From the IMG/VR virus record IMGVR_UViG_3300009073_000008: DNA of 45,642 bases; one strand, given 5' to 3'. Source of the DNA: a virus. A program made the translations under genes and the position numbers. Of the stretch, positions 30,401 through 39,977 are shown in pieces. Numbering within the stretch: the stretch's first letter is position 1; every line of letters begins with the position of its first letter. The notes under the pieces were generated by a model. That model was not told the DNA's origin and did not search any database. It saw only the letters and a list, made by a program, of their open reading frames with translations.

Positions 30401-33400
30401 TCGTAACATCTTGGCCTTCGATGCCATCAAGTAACATTGCATTAAGTCTTGCATCGTCTCCATCGCCATCATATAGTCCTGAGCCTACATCTGGTGATAT
30501 AAACTCATAATGGTCTGGCAACAAAGTCATTTCTAAAACAGCGCTATTGCCTCCGCCTGTAGCTCTATTCTTATCAAACTCAACTGCTGTAAAATACACT
30601 TCCTCGTTCATGTCACCCTTAAATCCATCTTTTAAGATTTTCTCGGCAACATCCTCACTTGTTTGATGATACATCTTAACACCATCTGGGTACTTCGATT
30701 TTAATATTTCGATAGAGTCCTCAAGTGTTAGCTCATCAGACTTATTCTCATACACCTCAGTACCAAGAACACTTTTAATATCCTTTTTTATCTTGAGCGC
30801 ATTTGCCGGTGATAGCACACGATTAAATAGCGCATCAACTTCTGACACTTTAAATGGTGTAAATACCTCTCTGAGCTTCGTGACAAGCCATGTGAGGTGT
30901 TGTTCTAGCTTAGACTTTGGCTCAATGTTCTTAACAAAGTGCTTTGCAAATTCCTCAGCAAGCACCTCCTCGCGCGCGACATTATCGCTTACACCGTGCT
31001 TCTTTTTGTATGCTGCAACTTCTTCCGGCATCTCTTTTGAAATAAGATCATACGCATCATTGCGCTCTTGCTCTGTAGCAACTAGATCATGGAAAGCATG
31101 AAACATCTCATGTGGCACTGTCGTTGCACGTGGGTTATCTTGAAATTTCACAATCGCATCAAAATATGAACCAAAAGCCTTGCCCCCGGCAACCTCTCTT
31201 GCGCTCTCAAGTGTCACACCCTTAGCAAAACCAAAGCGTTTAAATTGCTCTCTGGCCTGTTCATTCGTGATGACGGTATTAAACTCATCAGCCTTGCGCT
31301 GCATCTGTTCTTTTGGTAGTGTGCTGTACTCTGAAAAACGGTTGGCAATACCTGCTTCAACCATCGGCTTAATTTGTTTTTCAAAAACTTCCTTGCTCCA
31401 ATAAGCAGATCGCGTGAAATATGCTGTTTGACCACGACTGATCGCTACGTACTGCTCAATCATGCGCGCTGTCACTTCCACCTTAGATGCGTAGTATTTC
31501 CTTCTTGCTGAGGTGTTTATCATGTCACTGTAATTATTCATGCTGCGAGCAAACTCTTTCAATCGGTAGTTGTCAAACAACATTGTGTCAACTTCATAAT
31601 CAAGCATGTGGCCAAGCTCATGTGCCATAATTGTGTTCACTTTCTCAACAACCATCTTGCCATCTTTCTTGCCCTTAAAGCTCTCAGTGCCACCAACTGA
31701 AACACTTATACCATCATCTGTCTTTCTATATAGCCCTGCGACACCATTCATCAAAAATGGATTTTTGCCATTCAAATGCACAAGCACCCAACGCTTATCA
31801 GCACCAAGTCTTTCCATATCAAGATTAAGAGCTTTGGAAAACTCTACAACGCCATCAGCTATTTCATCAACTTGCTTTTTCGTTAAAGGTTCTCCATCTT
31901 GTCGCTTCATTCCAATGTTTGTCCGTCCGTCCGGGTCTGTGATAATCCTTGCATCATCAACACCAAAAGACGTAGCAAGCCCCTTTTCGTACCGCTCACG
32001 TGAGTTTACTGCTGTAGAAAAAGACTTGTCGTATGCAACAACTTCCTCAGGGTACTTGTAACCTTTTGATATATCCTTCTTTACACGCTGCTTGTATACC
32101 TTCTCTGCAAAGCCTTCCTCTTTTACCTTCGCAACAAAAGCATCTTTATGTGTACCAAACTGTGTTTTTCTTTTCCTTGTACTTCCCTCAAAAGCAAAGT
32201 CCATTTTCTTTTTACCACTATTCTCAACAATCATGTTTGTCATCTCGACATTTTTCATGTCTGGCAAGTTTTTATCATAATACTGCTGTGAGCTTGCGCT
32301 AACATCCTCACCGCTATTGAGCGCTTTTTCAATCCTCTCCATGCTATTAAAAAAGCCTTTGCTTCCCTGTATAAACCGTGCGCCACCTTCTCTTTTCTCT
32401 GCCTTTTCGATAAATGCCAAGACATCGTCAAACTCTTGCTTGACTGCTTGTATTCCTGCCTCTGGTGTCATCTGCTGTTGTGATATGCGGTCTGGTGCAA
32501 TACGCTTAGGGCCAACTACTTTTGACTCAGTGGCAATATCAACATTTGCCGGCAATGTTTCCACGCTCTGAGCGGTCTGCTTCTTTACTTCATTGCCTTG
32601 CTTAATATTAGACTCTAAAACCTCATTCTTCGCTTTGTTATCACCTTTTCTAACTTCATCGCTTGGCAAACCAAAGTCTACATCCGCGGCACTATAAGTA
32701 TCTTTCGCTGCAACATCTGACTGCTCAACACTCCCCACCGGCGCATCCGTCACGTTCTCTTGTATTTCTTCCCGGGGCTTCAATGATGCAACCTCAGCAC
32801 GCGATATGATTTCTTTTTTTATCTCTGCCAATAGCTCTATCTGTAGCACTGAGCCCTCTTTTGGGGTTTCACCATTCCTGTACATCTCCATCACTTTGTT
32901 AAATAGTGGCCTTTTGCGCAAGTGATCTGATACCCATGATGGAAATGTGGACTTTACAGCCTCAAAATTTAGATCATTATTCTCATAATTCTCTGTCATC
33001 TGACGTGAACCTGCCTCAGCTTGCTCCATTTCTGTGAAAACTTGCGCCTCAGCTTCGCTATAGTCTACAACCTGTGGGCTTATTTCTCTATCATCAGCTG
33101 TTTCAACCTCATTGTTTTCTATTTTCGCAACCATCTCCTCGATCTTTTGTTGCTGTTCTGGTGAAAACTTTGATACATCAAGCGACTCATCACCAAAAAC
33201 AGGGTCAATCTCACCCTCAAGACTTTGCGCATCCTCTTCAATCATAAGAGCATTAATACCACCCTTGCCAGCTTCAAGCTGCAATGCTTCTTTCTCACCT
33301 TCGATTAACGCATTTTCTTTACGTGTCTCAATGAGCTTGAGCGCAACACTCTCAATCTGCGGTGATAAGTCTGCACTAGACATGATCTGCGCGTACGCAT

Positions 33401-34898
33401 CTTTACGTACACGGTCTGATACACCCTCTTGCACCTGCACAGTATCATTCTTTGCAAGGTAGTCAACAACTTCATCAACCTTCTTTGTTCGCGCATCAAC
33501 CTCTTCTTGTACACTCACCACGATCTCTTGGTCAAGATCATTCATTGCGTCAATATCATTCTCAAGGTCTTGCAAGTCTGCAAAAGACATATCTTTCATA
33601 TTGCGCTTTGCTTCTTTGACATCACCTTGTGCAAAGCTATCACGCGCTTTTTGCTCTGCTTCTGATACTGTCGGCTCATCCTTTTGCCCTCCACCATCCC
33701 TATCAACCGTTGTATTTGCTGCATCAGCAATACCGCCGGCCAGTCCAAAAGTAAGCGCACCACCAATAGCGCCCTTTATCGTACTCTCAATCACGCCCTC
33801 GCTAATCTCAATATCTGGGTCTATCTCGTAAAGCTTTGCCATGAGATTTTGTGTAGCGTTCTGCAATCCCTCAGTAGCACCCTCGCCCGCACCTGTAAGC
33901 AACATTTCTTTTGCAATGGCATCCATCATACCAACAATGGATTTCTTTCCTGCCGGGGTACTTGTAAACTTTTTAAGTGTTTTCATTGGTATAACACTCT
34001 CAAGCGCACCGGCTGCCACGCCATATGTTGTTGACGCTTTATTTATCATCTCAATATCCTCATCGCTCAATTCCTCAACTGAGATACCTTTTCTCTCTGC
34101 AAGAATACTTTTATACTCCTCTGCGGATGACCCTTTTTCTATAGCGCCCATTACAGCCGTAGATGCTGCATATGCAAGCTTTGGGTTCTTGGTGGCTGCA
34201 AGTGTTGCGCCACTAGCTGCAAGTCCCGGGACGGTACTACCAAGCGCCTCTGCTGCAATATGCGCGCCTGTACTCATAAAACCTCGCTCATCCTCTGGTA
34301 TTGTATTTTGCATGTAGTCCTGCGCACCACCATCATAAAATCCCTCAACTGCTTCACCACCTGCCTCTGTGCGCTCTCCTGCCTTATTCTGTGCATTTAG
34401 CCAATTCTCTTGTGCCTCAGACTCAATCACTTGAAACTCTTCTTGCGATAGCTTGCCACGCTCAACTCGGCCACGGTCAACTTTTAACTGATTTTCTAAG
34501 CCCTCTTTAAAAGCGCCTTTAAGCTCATCTGATTGACCAGACTCACCGGCAACTTCCAACGCACTACCTGCACTAGAAATACCACCAGAAAGAGAACCCA
34601 TGTATGTATTCTTTACACTCCCCAAGGTTTTCATTGCACCTGCAATTTTACCCGGTTGCTTCTCGGGTATACCACCAGTAGCATCAAGAACATTAAAACC
34701 ACCCCAAGGGTCGTTACTCTTACCAGACGTTGCAACCTTACGCATCTTCTCTCGCTGCGCCATTGCTTGAGCCATTCGCTCCTTTTTTATGTCCTCCAAA
34801 GTCCTCTCTTCTCTTTCATCCTCAGTAGATAGCGTATTGTAGAGTACTGATTTCATTTTTTTGTTGTTAGTCTTTGCTCTCAAATTGGTGTCCGGCAT
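27402..34898 (-). CDS. 2498-aa polyvalent virion (ejected/internal) protein: two zincin HExxH modules, ART-like module, coiled coil, large C-terminal domain
   Basis: Uninterrupted 7.5-kb ORF. MAHELGHMLDY (H1093), VPHEMFHAFHD (H1263), KMYHQTSEDVAEKILKDGF...VYFTA...LEMTL (from residue 1409), and a K/E-rich coiled coil. An alternative ATG at 34856 would remove the 32-nt overlap with the upstream gene. Confidence 0.9.
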   Translation of the reverse strand: MPDTNLRAKTNNKKMKSVLYNTLSTEDEREERTLEDIKKERMAQAMAQREKMRKVATSGKSNDPWGGFNVLDATGGIPEKQPGKIAGAMKTLGSVKNTYMGSLSGGISSAGSALEVAGESGQSDELKGAFKEGLENQLKVDRGRVERGKLSQEEFQVIESEAQENWLNAQNKAGERTEAGGEAVEGFYDGGAQDYMQNTIPEDERGFMSTGAHIAAEALGSTVPGLAASGATLAATKNPKLAYAASTAVMGAIEKGSSAEEYKSILAERKGISVEELSDEDIEMINKASTTYGVAAGALESVIPMKTLKKFTSTPAGKKSIVGMMDAIAKEMLLTGAGEGATEGLQNATQNLMAKLYEIDPDIEISEGVIESTIKGAIGGALTFGLAGGIADAANTTVDRDGGGQKDEPTVSEAEQKARDSFAQGDVKEAKRNMKDMSFADLQDLENDIDAMNDLDQEIVVSVQEEVDARTKKVDEVVDYLAKNDTVQVQEGVSDRVRKDAYAQIMSSADLSPQIESVALKLIETRKENALIEGEKEALQLEAGKGGINALMIEEDAQSLEGEIDPVFGDESLDVSKFSPEQQQKIEEMVAKIENNEVETADDREISPQVVDYSEAEAQVFTEMEQAEAGSRQMTENYENNDLNFEAVKSTFPSWVSDHLRKRPLFNKVMEMYRNGETPKEGSVLQIELLAEIKKEIISRAEVASLKPREEIQENVTDAPVGSVEQSDVAAKDTYSAADVDFGLPSDEVRKGDNKAKNEVLESNIKQGNEVKKQTAQSVETLPANVDIATESKVVGPKRIAPDRISQQQMTPEAGIQAVKQEFDDVLAFIEKAEKREGGARFIQGSKGFFNSMERIEKALNSGEDVSASSQQYYDKNLPDMKNVEMTNMIVENSGKKKMDFAFEGSTRKRKTQFGTHKDAFVAKVKEEGFAEKVYKQRVKKDISKGYKYPEEVVAYDKSFSTAVNSRERYEKGLATSFGVDDARIITDPDGRTNIGMKRQDGEPLTKKQVDEIADGVVEFSKALNLDMERLGADKRWVLVHLNGKNPFLMNGVAGLYRKTDDGISVSVGGTESFKGKKDGKMVVEKVNTIMAHELGHMLDYEVDTMLFDNYRLKEFARSMNNYSDMINTSARRKYYASKVEVTARMIEQYVAISRGQTAYFTRSAYWSKEVFEKQIKPMVEAGIANRFSEYSTLPKEQMQRKADEFNTVITNEQAREQFKRFGFAKGVTLESAREVAGGKAFGSYFDAIVKFQDNPRATTVPHEMFHAFHDLVATEQERNDAYDLISKEMPEEVAAYKKKHGVSDNVAREEVLAEEFAKHFVKNIEPKSKLEQHLTWLVTKLREVFTPFKVSEVDALFNRVLSPANALKIKKDIKSVLGTEVYENKSDELTLEDSIEILKSKYPDGVKMYHQTSEDVAEKILKDGFKGDMNEEVYFTAVEFDKNRATGGGNSAVLEMTLLPDHYEFISPDVGSGLYDGDGDDARLNAMLLDGIEGQDVTMHDYEANKMPIRRYSKEDIAASIQYQKKDVETITKAQKIASYGKELAGLRESLKDARKKGDSKKVASLRKKIKALEPTKKSMDTRILIKAHEIIAAKEAARREQKKTQEKQEQKERVLSRLDELRDKMKEAVSDAKEKKDEKIEDMRIERDEIKEVKKIVTDYADERLSDFPEQKKRLLATVRNATNAKDIEVARTFIDRLQSEAQVRHLKGKIKKNLKKTQVKTQGGKPVGKFTPEIQNVLDKMRDLSRMTNEAMEDLVIKNIDSADQGVISDDKVFENKFITAILSKDPEKLSSLLTGIEGLIHDGRSTNKFFKEIFDQGAMARNEEIVNVITGGDGIVDDSTAEKRLDWKQRARRGAISSFKTFTGWDNLLDILSFYDKGSDPKKSFLNQEFDMLAAKNEQKKSTAEALRKVQDIFTEVYGLDQKEAMQKHAEDAIELDLGTFENAYGKKFEIKMSRAELRKRYMEMQDPSLQETFFVSMGYTDEMVDAIKGVLSTQDKIFVQKQLDFYRDYHGRVNEVYKDMYGVELPFNEFYSPIARRDVESDQLATITAFLDEQSMRQSIAKGSLKSRVGSKKPLRDASDMGVLMQHVAEMEHFIAFADTSKKLNSTFSNADVRKAIKQNFGDGILKSLDHQISGIIQGGVSSKQNIAKLDMVRINFSRAVLAVKPAIAIKQLTSFPAYAESIPTVDFIKNYADFWKDPVNNYKTLKESSVLLQERGSNMERDIKDAMNSDEFAKWSGSQTFLNKLMLNIKIGDEGAIVMGGWSVYKYHLDQGKTQEEAIYEFEKATEQTQQSGDITEQSFWQSSNSVSKLLTSFLSSPNQYFRKEVDAVRNIIAKRGDPKQHAKTIFIYHILLPNIFQFVANGFDWEKEGQMRASLLGSMNGIFLVGTGLDSIIRTAMGQKDFGNEMAVYGAVDDITDMVRLVNDKDITEADIWKALGGAGGTIGNVTGLPAETLVDQTESIVKTVREGDPEYLWQMMGWSSYIAKRKVQDD

Positions 34899-35958
34899 TA
34901 ATATTGTCTTGCATTACTTTGTTGTGAGCCGGATTGCTCAATGGGTCAAAGCCCATTTTTTGTAGTGCGCCCATATCATAAGAGCCTTTATTGAGAAATG
35001 GTGCTATAGCCTGTTGTGTTGATACAGCCTCTTGTTGTAGCATCGCCGGTTGATTTGCTTGCTCAAGATAATATTTCTCCTCAGCAAAGCTCATTTGCTC
35101 ACTTGATGGCTCAACACGTGTATCAAGGTATGTATTAACACTAGATAGGCTCACACCTGCCAATAAAGCCTTACGCTCATACTCTTTGCGGTCTGTATCA
35201 GAGATAAAGCTAGAGCCATAGTTCTTGCCACCTGCGCCAAACGTAAAACCAATCTCTGTATCAATACCCTTGATGAAATCAAGTGTTTGCTGCGTCTTTG
35301 TTGCTGATGCACTCGCGGCTCTACCGCTCGCGCTACCGGTAGGCTGCATAGACTTGTTGAAACGTGCCACTTCCATAGCTCGCTGTTCTGCAATCCACGC
35401 ATCCTCACGTTCTTTCGCTGCTGTTGTGTACTTATCAAACTTCTTGAAAACACCACTGCTCGGCTCTCCGCTATCAAGTGATCGCTTCTCGCTTTTAGAT
35501 AGTGAGTCATACAGTCCCGGGTATTCTGCTGCCATCTTGTATTTAAAATCACGTGCACTCTCCTGCAACTGTGTACGTTCTGCTGTAAGCTGCTTGTACA
35601 TAGAACCAATCTCGGCCTGTGATGTCTGATACGCTTGCATCGTTCCTGCTGCAACACGCGATACATCACCACCACGCCTACTCTCAACACCCTTCATAAT
35701 GCTAGAAAATGTACTACCACCAACCTTCTGAGGGTCAAATTCACCAGACAAAGACTGATATTCTTTTGCCTGTCGCTTGTTGTACGCAATGTTTGAGATG
35801 CCATCCATAGCAGCTTTAACAGTACTAAGCATACCGGGCTTATATGCTGCTGCGGTATTTGCGATATTTGTATTTAGGTCACTCATACGGTTGCCTGTGC
35901 CGTTGTCCACGATACTGACACCACCGCTAAAGCCCTCTGCTCCTACTACATCATCCAT
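34867..35958 (-). CDS. hypothetical 363-aa virion protein (internal-core candidate)
   Basis: Long ORF in the structural operon between the tail-candidate genes and the giant protein. Confidence 0.8.
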   Translation of the reverse strand: MDDVVGAEGFSGGVSIVDNGTGNRMSDLNTNIANTAAAYKPGMLSTVKAAMDGISNIAYNKRQAKEYQSLSGEFDPQKVGGSTFSSIMKGVESRRGGDVSRVAAGTMQAYQTSQAEIGSMYKQLTAERTQLQESARDFKYKMAAEYPGLYDSLSKSEKRSLDSGEPSSGVFKKFDKYTTAAKEREDAWIAEQRAMEVARFNKSMQPTGSASGRAASASATKTQQTLDFIKGIDTEIGFTFGAGGKNYGSSFISDTDRKEYERKALLAGVSLSSVNTYLDTRVEPSSEQMSFAEEKYYLEQANQPAMLQQEAVSTQQAIAPFLNKGSYDMGALQKMGFDPLSNPAHNKVMQDNINAGHQFESKD

Positions 35959-35962
35959 AGTT

Positions 35963-36982
35963 TTATATTAGTTGGCTATAATTCAGTGAGTCTTGATTGA
36001 GCTCTCCAAAGAAAGCGTCCTTACGTTGCTGCCTATCGACTACAACATCCTCATCAAACGTCCCGGAAACATTACCCATCGGGTTATATCCTTCAATGCC
36101 AAATTCAGCCACTCGATCTGAGCCGGCATAAATCTCTGCGCTACGTCCAATTTCCTGTATACGTGAGCCATAGTCTCGAGTGTAGTCGTCAAGCGTCTCC
36201 TGCGCCTCCACATCGCCTCTCTGCGCTTGTAATGTGAGATCGCGCACTTGGTTGCCATACTGACGCTTTGTGCTCTCCACAATGTCGTCATTCTTGATAG
36301 ATAGATCACGCTCCATACCAAAACGCGATAGTTCGCCCTCACCAAAAGTCACACCACTATTAGCAGCGCTTTGTATTACTCCTCTTTGTTGTTCGATATA
36401 AACGTCCTCTGTCTGTGCAAGTTCTGCCTGTAGGTCAAGATCAAGGTCTGCAAGGTTGCGTGACAAGTCCTCTTTCAATTCATCCCTTCTGCGCTGTATA
36501 CGTTCCACTGAAATATGATACTGTCCGTTTGCCTCTTCAAAATAGCGCATGGTCTCGTCCTGCATGATGCGCATGATCTGCTTCATGTAAGGGTCTGAGT
36601 CCGCTACAGCAAGATCAAACGCCTTATCCATCTTCTCAGCCTTATCATCAGCATCAGCAATCATAATCTCGTACGCACCAAAAACGCCCTGTTGCGTGTC
36701 ATAGTCCAACTCCATAAATGATGGTACGTTTTCTATGATCTCCGCCGGGACTGTCTTTAGAAATTCGTCTTGTTCTTTTTGTGCCTCTGCCTGTACAGCT
36801 TCGTATGCCTTACCTGCGCGCTTCGCTTCACCAGATGTGAGTTTGCTTCCTGCATCAGCGTTAGCAAGAACCCATGCCTGTGCTGTTGCATCAAGTGAGT
36901 CAAGATATTTTTGCGCGTCTTTCGAGATTAGAGCCATATTCCATTTTATTTGTGGATATATGGTCTCTTTTAGTAAGTCCAT
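35963..36982 (-). CDS. hypothetical 339-aa acidic helical virion protein (internal-core candidate)
   Basis: Long ORF in the structural operon. Confidence 0.8.
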   Translation of the reverse strand: MDLLKETIYPQIKWNMALISKDAQKYLDSLDATAQAWVLANADAGSKLTSGEAKRAGKAYEAVQAEAQKEQDEFLKTVPAEIIENVPSFMELDYDTQQGVFGAYEIMIADADDKAEKMDKAFDLAVADSDPYMKQIMRIMQDETMRYFEEANGQYHISVERIQRRRDELKEDLSRNLADLDLDLQAELAQTEDVYIEQQRGVIQSAANSGVTFGEGELSRFGMERDLSIKNDDIVESTKRQYGNQVRDLTLQAQRGDVEAQETLDDYTRDYGSRIQEIGRSAEIYAGSDRVAEFGIEGYNPMGNVSGTFDEDVVVDRQQRKDAFFGELNQDSLNYSQLI

Positions 36983-37005
36983 TATACCACATATAGCGTT
37001 ATTTT

Positions 37006-37242
37006 CTAGTTAAACTCCGTTTCGCCTGTGAGTGGGTCAAGCATCCACCCACTCTCTCCCTCTACGTAATTTCTACTCTGCACTGCAACATTCAACTCCC
37101 CCTCTGAAATACTTGATAATGGCGTGCCATTGTTATGCGCATTTTCCTGATATGGTAAACGCTCAAACATTGGCGGCTTCACACCCAACCTGTTATAGCC
37201 ATACTTCTGCAATTCATCCTGATTTTCTTTTACTTGTTCCAT
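37006..37242 (-). CDS. hypothetical 78-aa protein
   Basis: ATG overlaps the stop of the 911-aa gene (TAATG). Confidence 0.65.
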   Translation of the reverse strand: MEQVKENQDELQKYGYNRLGVKPPMFERLPYQENAHNNGTPLSSISEGELNVAVQSRNYVEGESGWMLDPLTGETEFN

Positions 37243-39977
37243 TACTTCAATGCTTTACGTGTATCAGCAATCTCTGTACCACTCTCATCAAACTCGATAC
37301 CATCAAATATTGTCTCGTTGCGCGATATACCTGCAACGGCAATATCAATCAAGTTGTAATCCTTATTGATAAACTCAACGGATGATACAGGGTGCTTACA
37401 TGGAAATGGCTTACTCCATTTACTAAATCGACTCCTGTTTGCCTTGATGCCTCTGTAAATAAGACTTGTATTCTCGCCACCGTAGCAAAGCACTGTGAGA
37501 TACTTGAGTACCTTCACGCGTCCTCTCCGGCCAAGATCAATAGGATGTAACTGCACGCGCCACTCAATCGGCTTCTTTCCATCCATAAAGCCTTCGTTGA
37601 GAAATGCGATGTCATCACCTGCTTCACCGGCAATAAGTATGCGCCGTGTTTGATTTTCTGGGTCAACCCATTGTGTCATTTGTGTAATGGGTCGTGGATA
37701 TGTTCGTATATCCCACGTCTGATCTTCAATATTAAACTTGAGTATCACGTTTTTATAGGTCTCACCCTGCACTGTAAGCGTTCCTACAGACCAATATGCG
37801 TGTACATCGTCTGAGTATGAACACAAGTTTTCAATATTAAGGTCGTCAAGTGCATCAATAAAGTCCTGTATAGGCCGTGAGATACGTACAGGTGCACCAC
37901 CATTGGTAGCCCATACACCCTTTTTGTTCAAGAAATAAGCTGTGCCCTTACCAACACATACTGCTTCTTGTGTAAGCACGCCCTGTGTAAGCTCCTCATC
38001 CGGGAAAGCATTGTAGCCATTCCACCGGTGCATAGTGTTTTCTTTCCATATCATCAAATACCCGGGTACTTTCGCAAGGGCTGTGATCTTTCCACCACCA
38101 TCATTTTGCTCAAGTGAGATGAAGCCACCAGTCGTGAGTGCAAGTGTCTTGTCATTTTCATCGGGGATGTCCCAGAATACAGTCTTTGAATTGTTGTCTG
38201 CAATAGATGAATAGAATAGCTTACCAATATCCTCTTCTTTGTTTGTCGCGCCATAAATACGGTCACGCCATTCAATCGCTACAGATAAGTTGGGTATACT
38301 CTCAAGGCCAAAGGTTGTTGCCTCGTACAGTATGTGGCTCTTAGGCGATGCGATTGTTGCTGTTACCGCGCTGCCATCTTCTTTCTCGGAAATCTGAAAA
38401 CTATTATTATCTTTTTGGATGATGTGGTAAACTTGCCTCTCTTCAATAGGCTCTGGTAGCTCTGTAGCGGTAGTAAAACGTACCTTGTCTCCAACACTTA
38501 AGCCATGACCCTCAATAGAAACCCTTACAGATGAGTCATCTTGACAAATTGTTGATGTTGCAACTTCCGCGATAAGCTCAGTATCAATGATAGATGCTGA
38601 TTTAGAACCAAAGCTACGTTTGATACTCACTTGTCCATTGTTATCTGTTGTGTCGGATATGGTGTATGTACTAGACCCATTCATTGAAAAGTCTTGTCCA
38701 TCAGTACGCCGGATGATATTACCAAGTCTGTAATATTCGTAGATATCACCATCCTCATCTAAACTTGCAATCCACACTTGATCGCCAAGCGCATACATAG
38801 CAAGAGATGTACCAGCCGTACCATCAATCGTCCAATCCTTCTCTTTCACACCATGCACATCATATGCACTGATTTTGTTTTCCTCATTCGTTCCCCTCTC
38901 TATCACATATAACTTATCGCCAGAAATAGAAATCTCTCTGACATCAACTGCACTTGATATGGAAAAACTTGTCACACGCGTCTCTGCATTAGAGCCAGTG
39001 CTTTGCACGAGTGAACCATCTTTATAGAAATAATTAACAGTGTTTGTGCCAGAGCCGTCAATTTTGTGTAGTACAGCAAGAAATGCACCGCGCCAATGTG
39101 CAATACCATATATCTTTCGATTGACTACAGCATCAATTTTACGTCCTGTATACGCTCCAGTAGAGCCATTAAAAGAATATTCGTATGCAGCAAAGACACT
39201 AGAAACCCAAAAATTAGTACCATCAAACGTCAATCCTGTTCCTGCGCGTCCAGTACCACCAACATGGTCACCCACATATATGAATTTACCTGTGTATTTC
39301 ATTTCATAACTAAACTGATAGATGTTTCTACCTATGAGGAAATAATGAAAACCACCTTTATATAATTCAAAAGATCGTATATCACCCAGATCTGCTGCCT
39401 CAGACATATCATCAATCTGTCCTGTGAAATGTCCACCGTAGTCAAAGCTTGTGGTAATACACGGTGTATCGGTTTCAATAGTAGCTGTACGTCCGGAGTC
39501 TGCCTCTACCCAAGACTCACCATCAAATTCACGTATATCTGGTGTACCAGACGTTACCTCTAACGGATTGCGCGGTATAGCAAACTGATAGCCACCATTA
39601 AAACGTATTGTACGTCCCAGAAACGTCAAGAAACGTGTGCGTACGTTACCATTGATACCACTATCAGATAGACTCTCAGATCGCGGTGTGCCTTCCTTAA
39701 CGCGGTACAGATCGCCTGTGTCGTATACAACAAACGTATCACGCTCTCCACCGCCATAATGTTGGAATAGACCTTTTACACTACTGTTTGCAAGCGTAGC
39801 AGTGCTATAAAAAAACTTTCTGAGACCTTTACGTGTCACCAAAGAGCCAAGGACGCTATCGCTATCCATGTTGAGATTGAGTGCTACAGAATTAGATGGT
39901 GCTGCATTGTTTTGTATCTTACGCCAGACACCACCTGCAAAGTTTCTGATATTGATTTGTTGTGATTTTTTGTTCAT
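37242..39977 (-). CDS. 911-aa tail/nozzle protein candidate
   Basis: Large beta-rich ORF downstream of the capsid genes. The assignment rests only on its position matching podovirus tubular protein B genes. Confidence 0.8.
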   Translation of the reverse strand: MNKKSQQINIRNFAGGVWRKIQNNAAPSNSVALNLNMDSDSVLGSLVTRKGLRKFFYSTATLANSSVKGLFQHYGGGERDTFVVYDTGDLYRVKEGTPRSESLSDSGINGNVRTRFLTFLGRTIRFNGGYQFAIPRNPLEVTSGTPDIREFDGESWVEADSGRTATIETDTPCITTSFDYGGHFTGQIDDMSEAADLGDIRSFELYKGGFHYFLIGRNIYQFSYEMKYTGKFIYVGDHVGGTGRAGTGLTFDGTNFWVSSVFAAYEYSFNGSTGAYTGRKIDAVVNRKIYGIAHWRGAFLAVLHKIDGSGTNTVNYFYKDGSLVQSTGSNAETRVTSFSISSAVDVREISISGDKLYVIERGTNEENKISAYDVHGVKEKDWTIDGTAGTSLAMYALGDQVWIASLDEDGDIYEYYRLGNIIRRTDGQDFSMNGSSTYTISDTTDNNGQVSIKRSFGSKSASIIDTELIAEVATSTICQDDSSVRVSIEGHGLSVGDKVRFTTATELPEPIEERQVYHIIQKDNNSFQISEKEDGSAVTATIASPKSHILYEATTFGLESIPNLSVAIEWRDRIYGATNKEEDIGKLFYSSIADNNSKTVFWDIPDENDKTLALTTGGFISLEQNDGGGKITALAKVPGYLMIWKENTMHRWNGYNAFPDEELTQGVLTQEAVCVGKGTAYFLNKKGVWATNGGAPVRISRPIQDFIDALDDLNIENLCSYSDDVHAYWSVGTLTVQGETYKNVILKFNIEDQTWDIRTYPRPITQMTQWVDPENQTRRILIAGEAGDDIAFLNEGFMDGKKPIEWRVQLHPIDLGRRGRVKVLKYLTVLCYGGENTSLIYRGIKANRSRFSKWSKPFPCKHPVSSVEFINKDYNLIDIAVAGISRNETIFDGIEFDESGTEIADTRKALK

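Noticed and set aside
33841-34317. Plus-strand ORFs throughout the window (for example 33841..34317, 41470..41772, 11232..11587, 12512..12976, 21654..22121)
   Set aside because: All lie antisense to longer minus-strand genes with recognisable motifs. Their products are low-complexity or Ser/Leu/Cys-rich, and they have no independent start context.
35151-35690. Same-strand alternative-frame ORFs nested in large genes (35151..35690, 24187..24528, 23887..24183, 8677..8934, 20773..21048)
   Set aside because: They lie entirely within well-supported longer ORFs and have Arg/His/Leu-rich compositions typical of off-frame translation.
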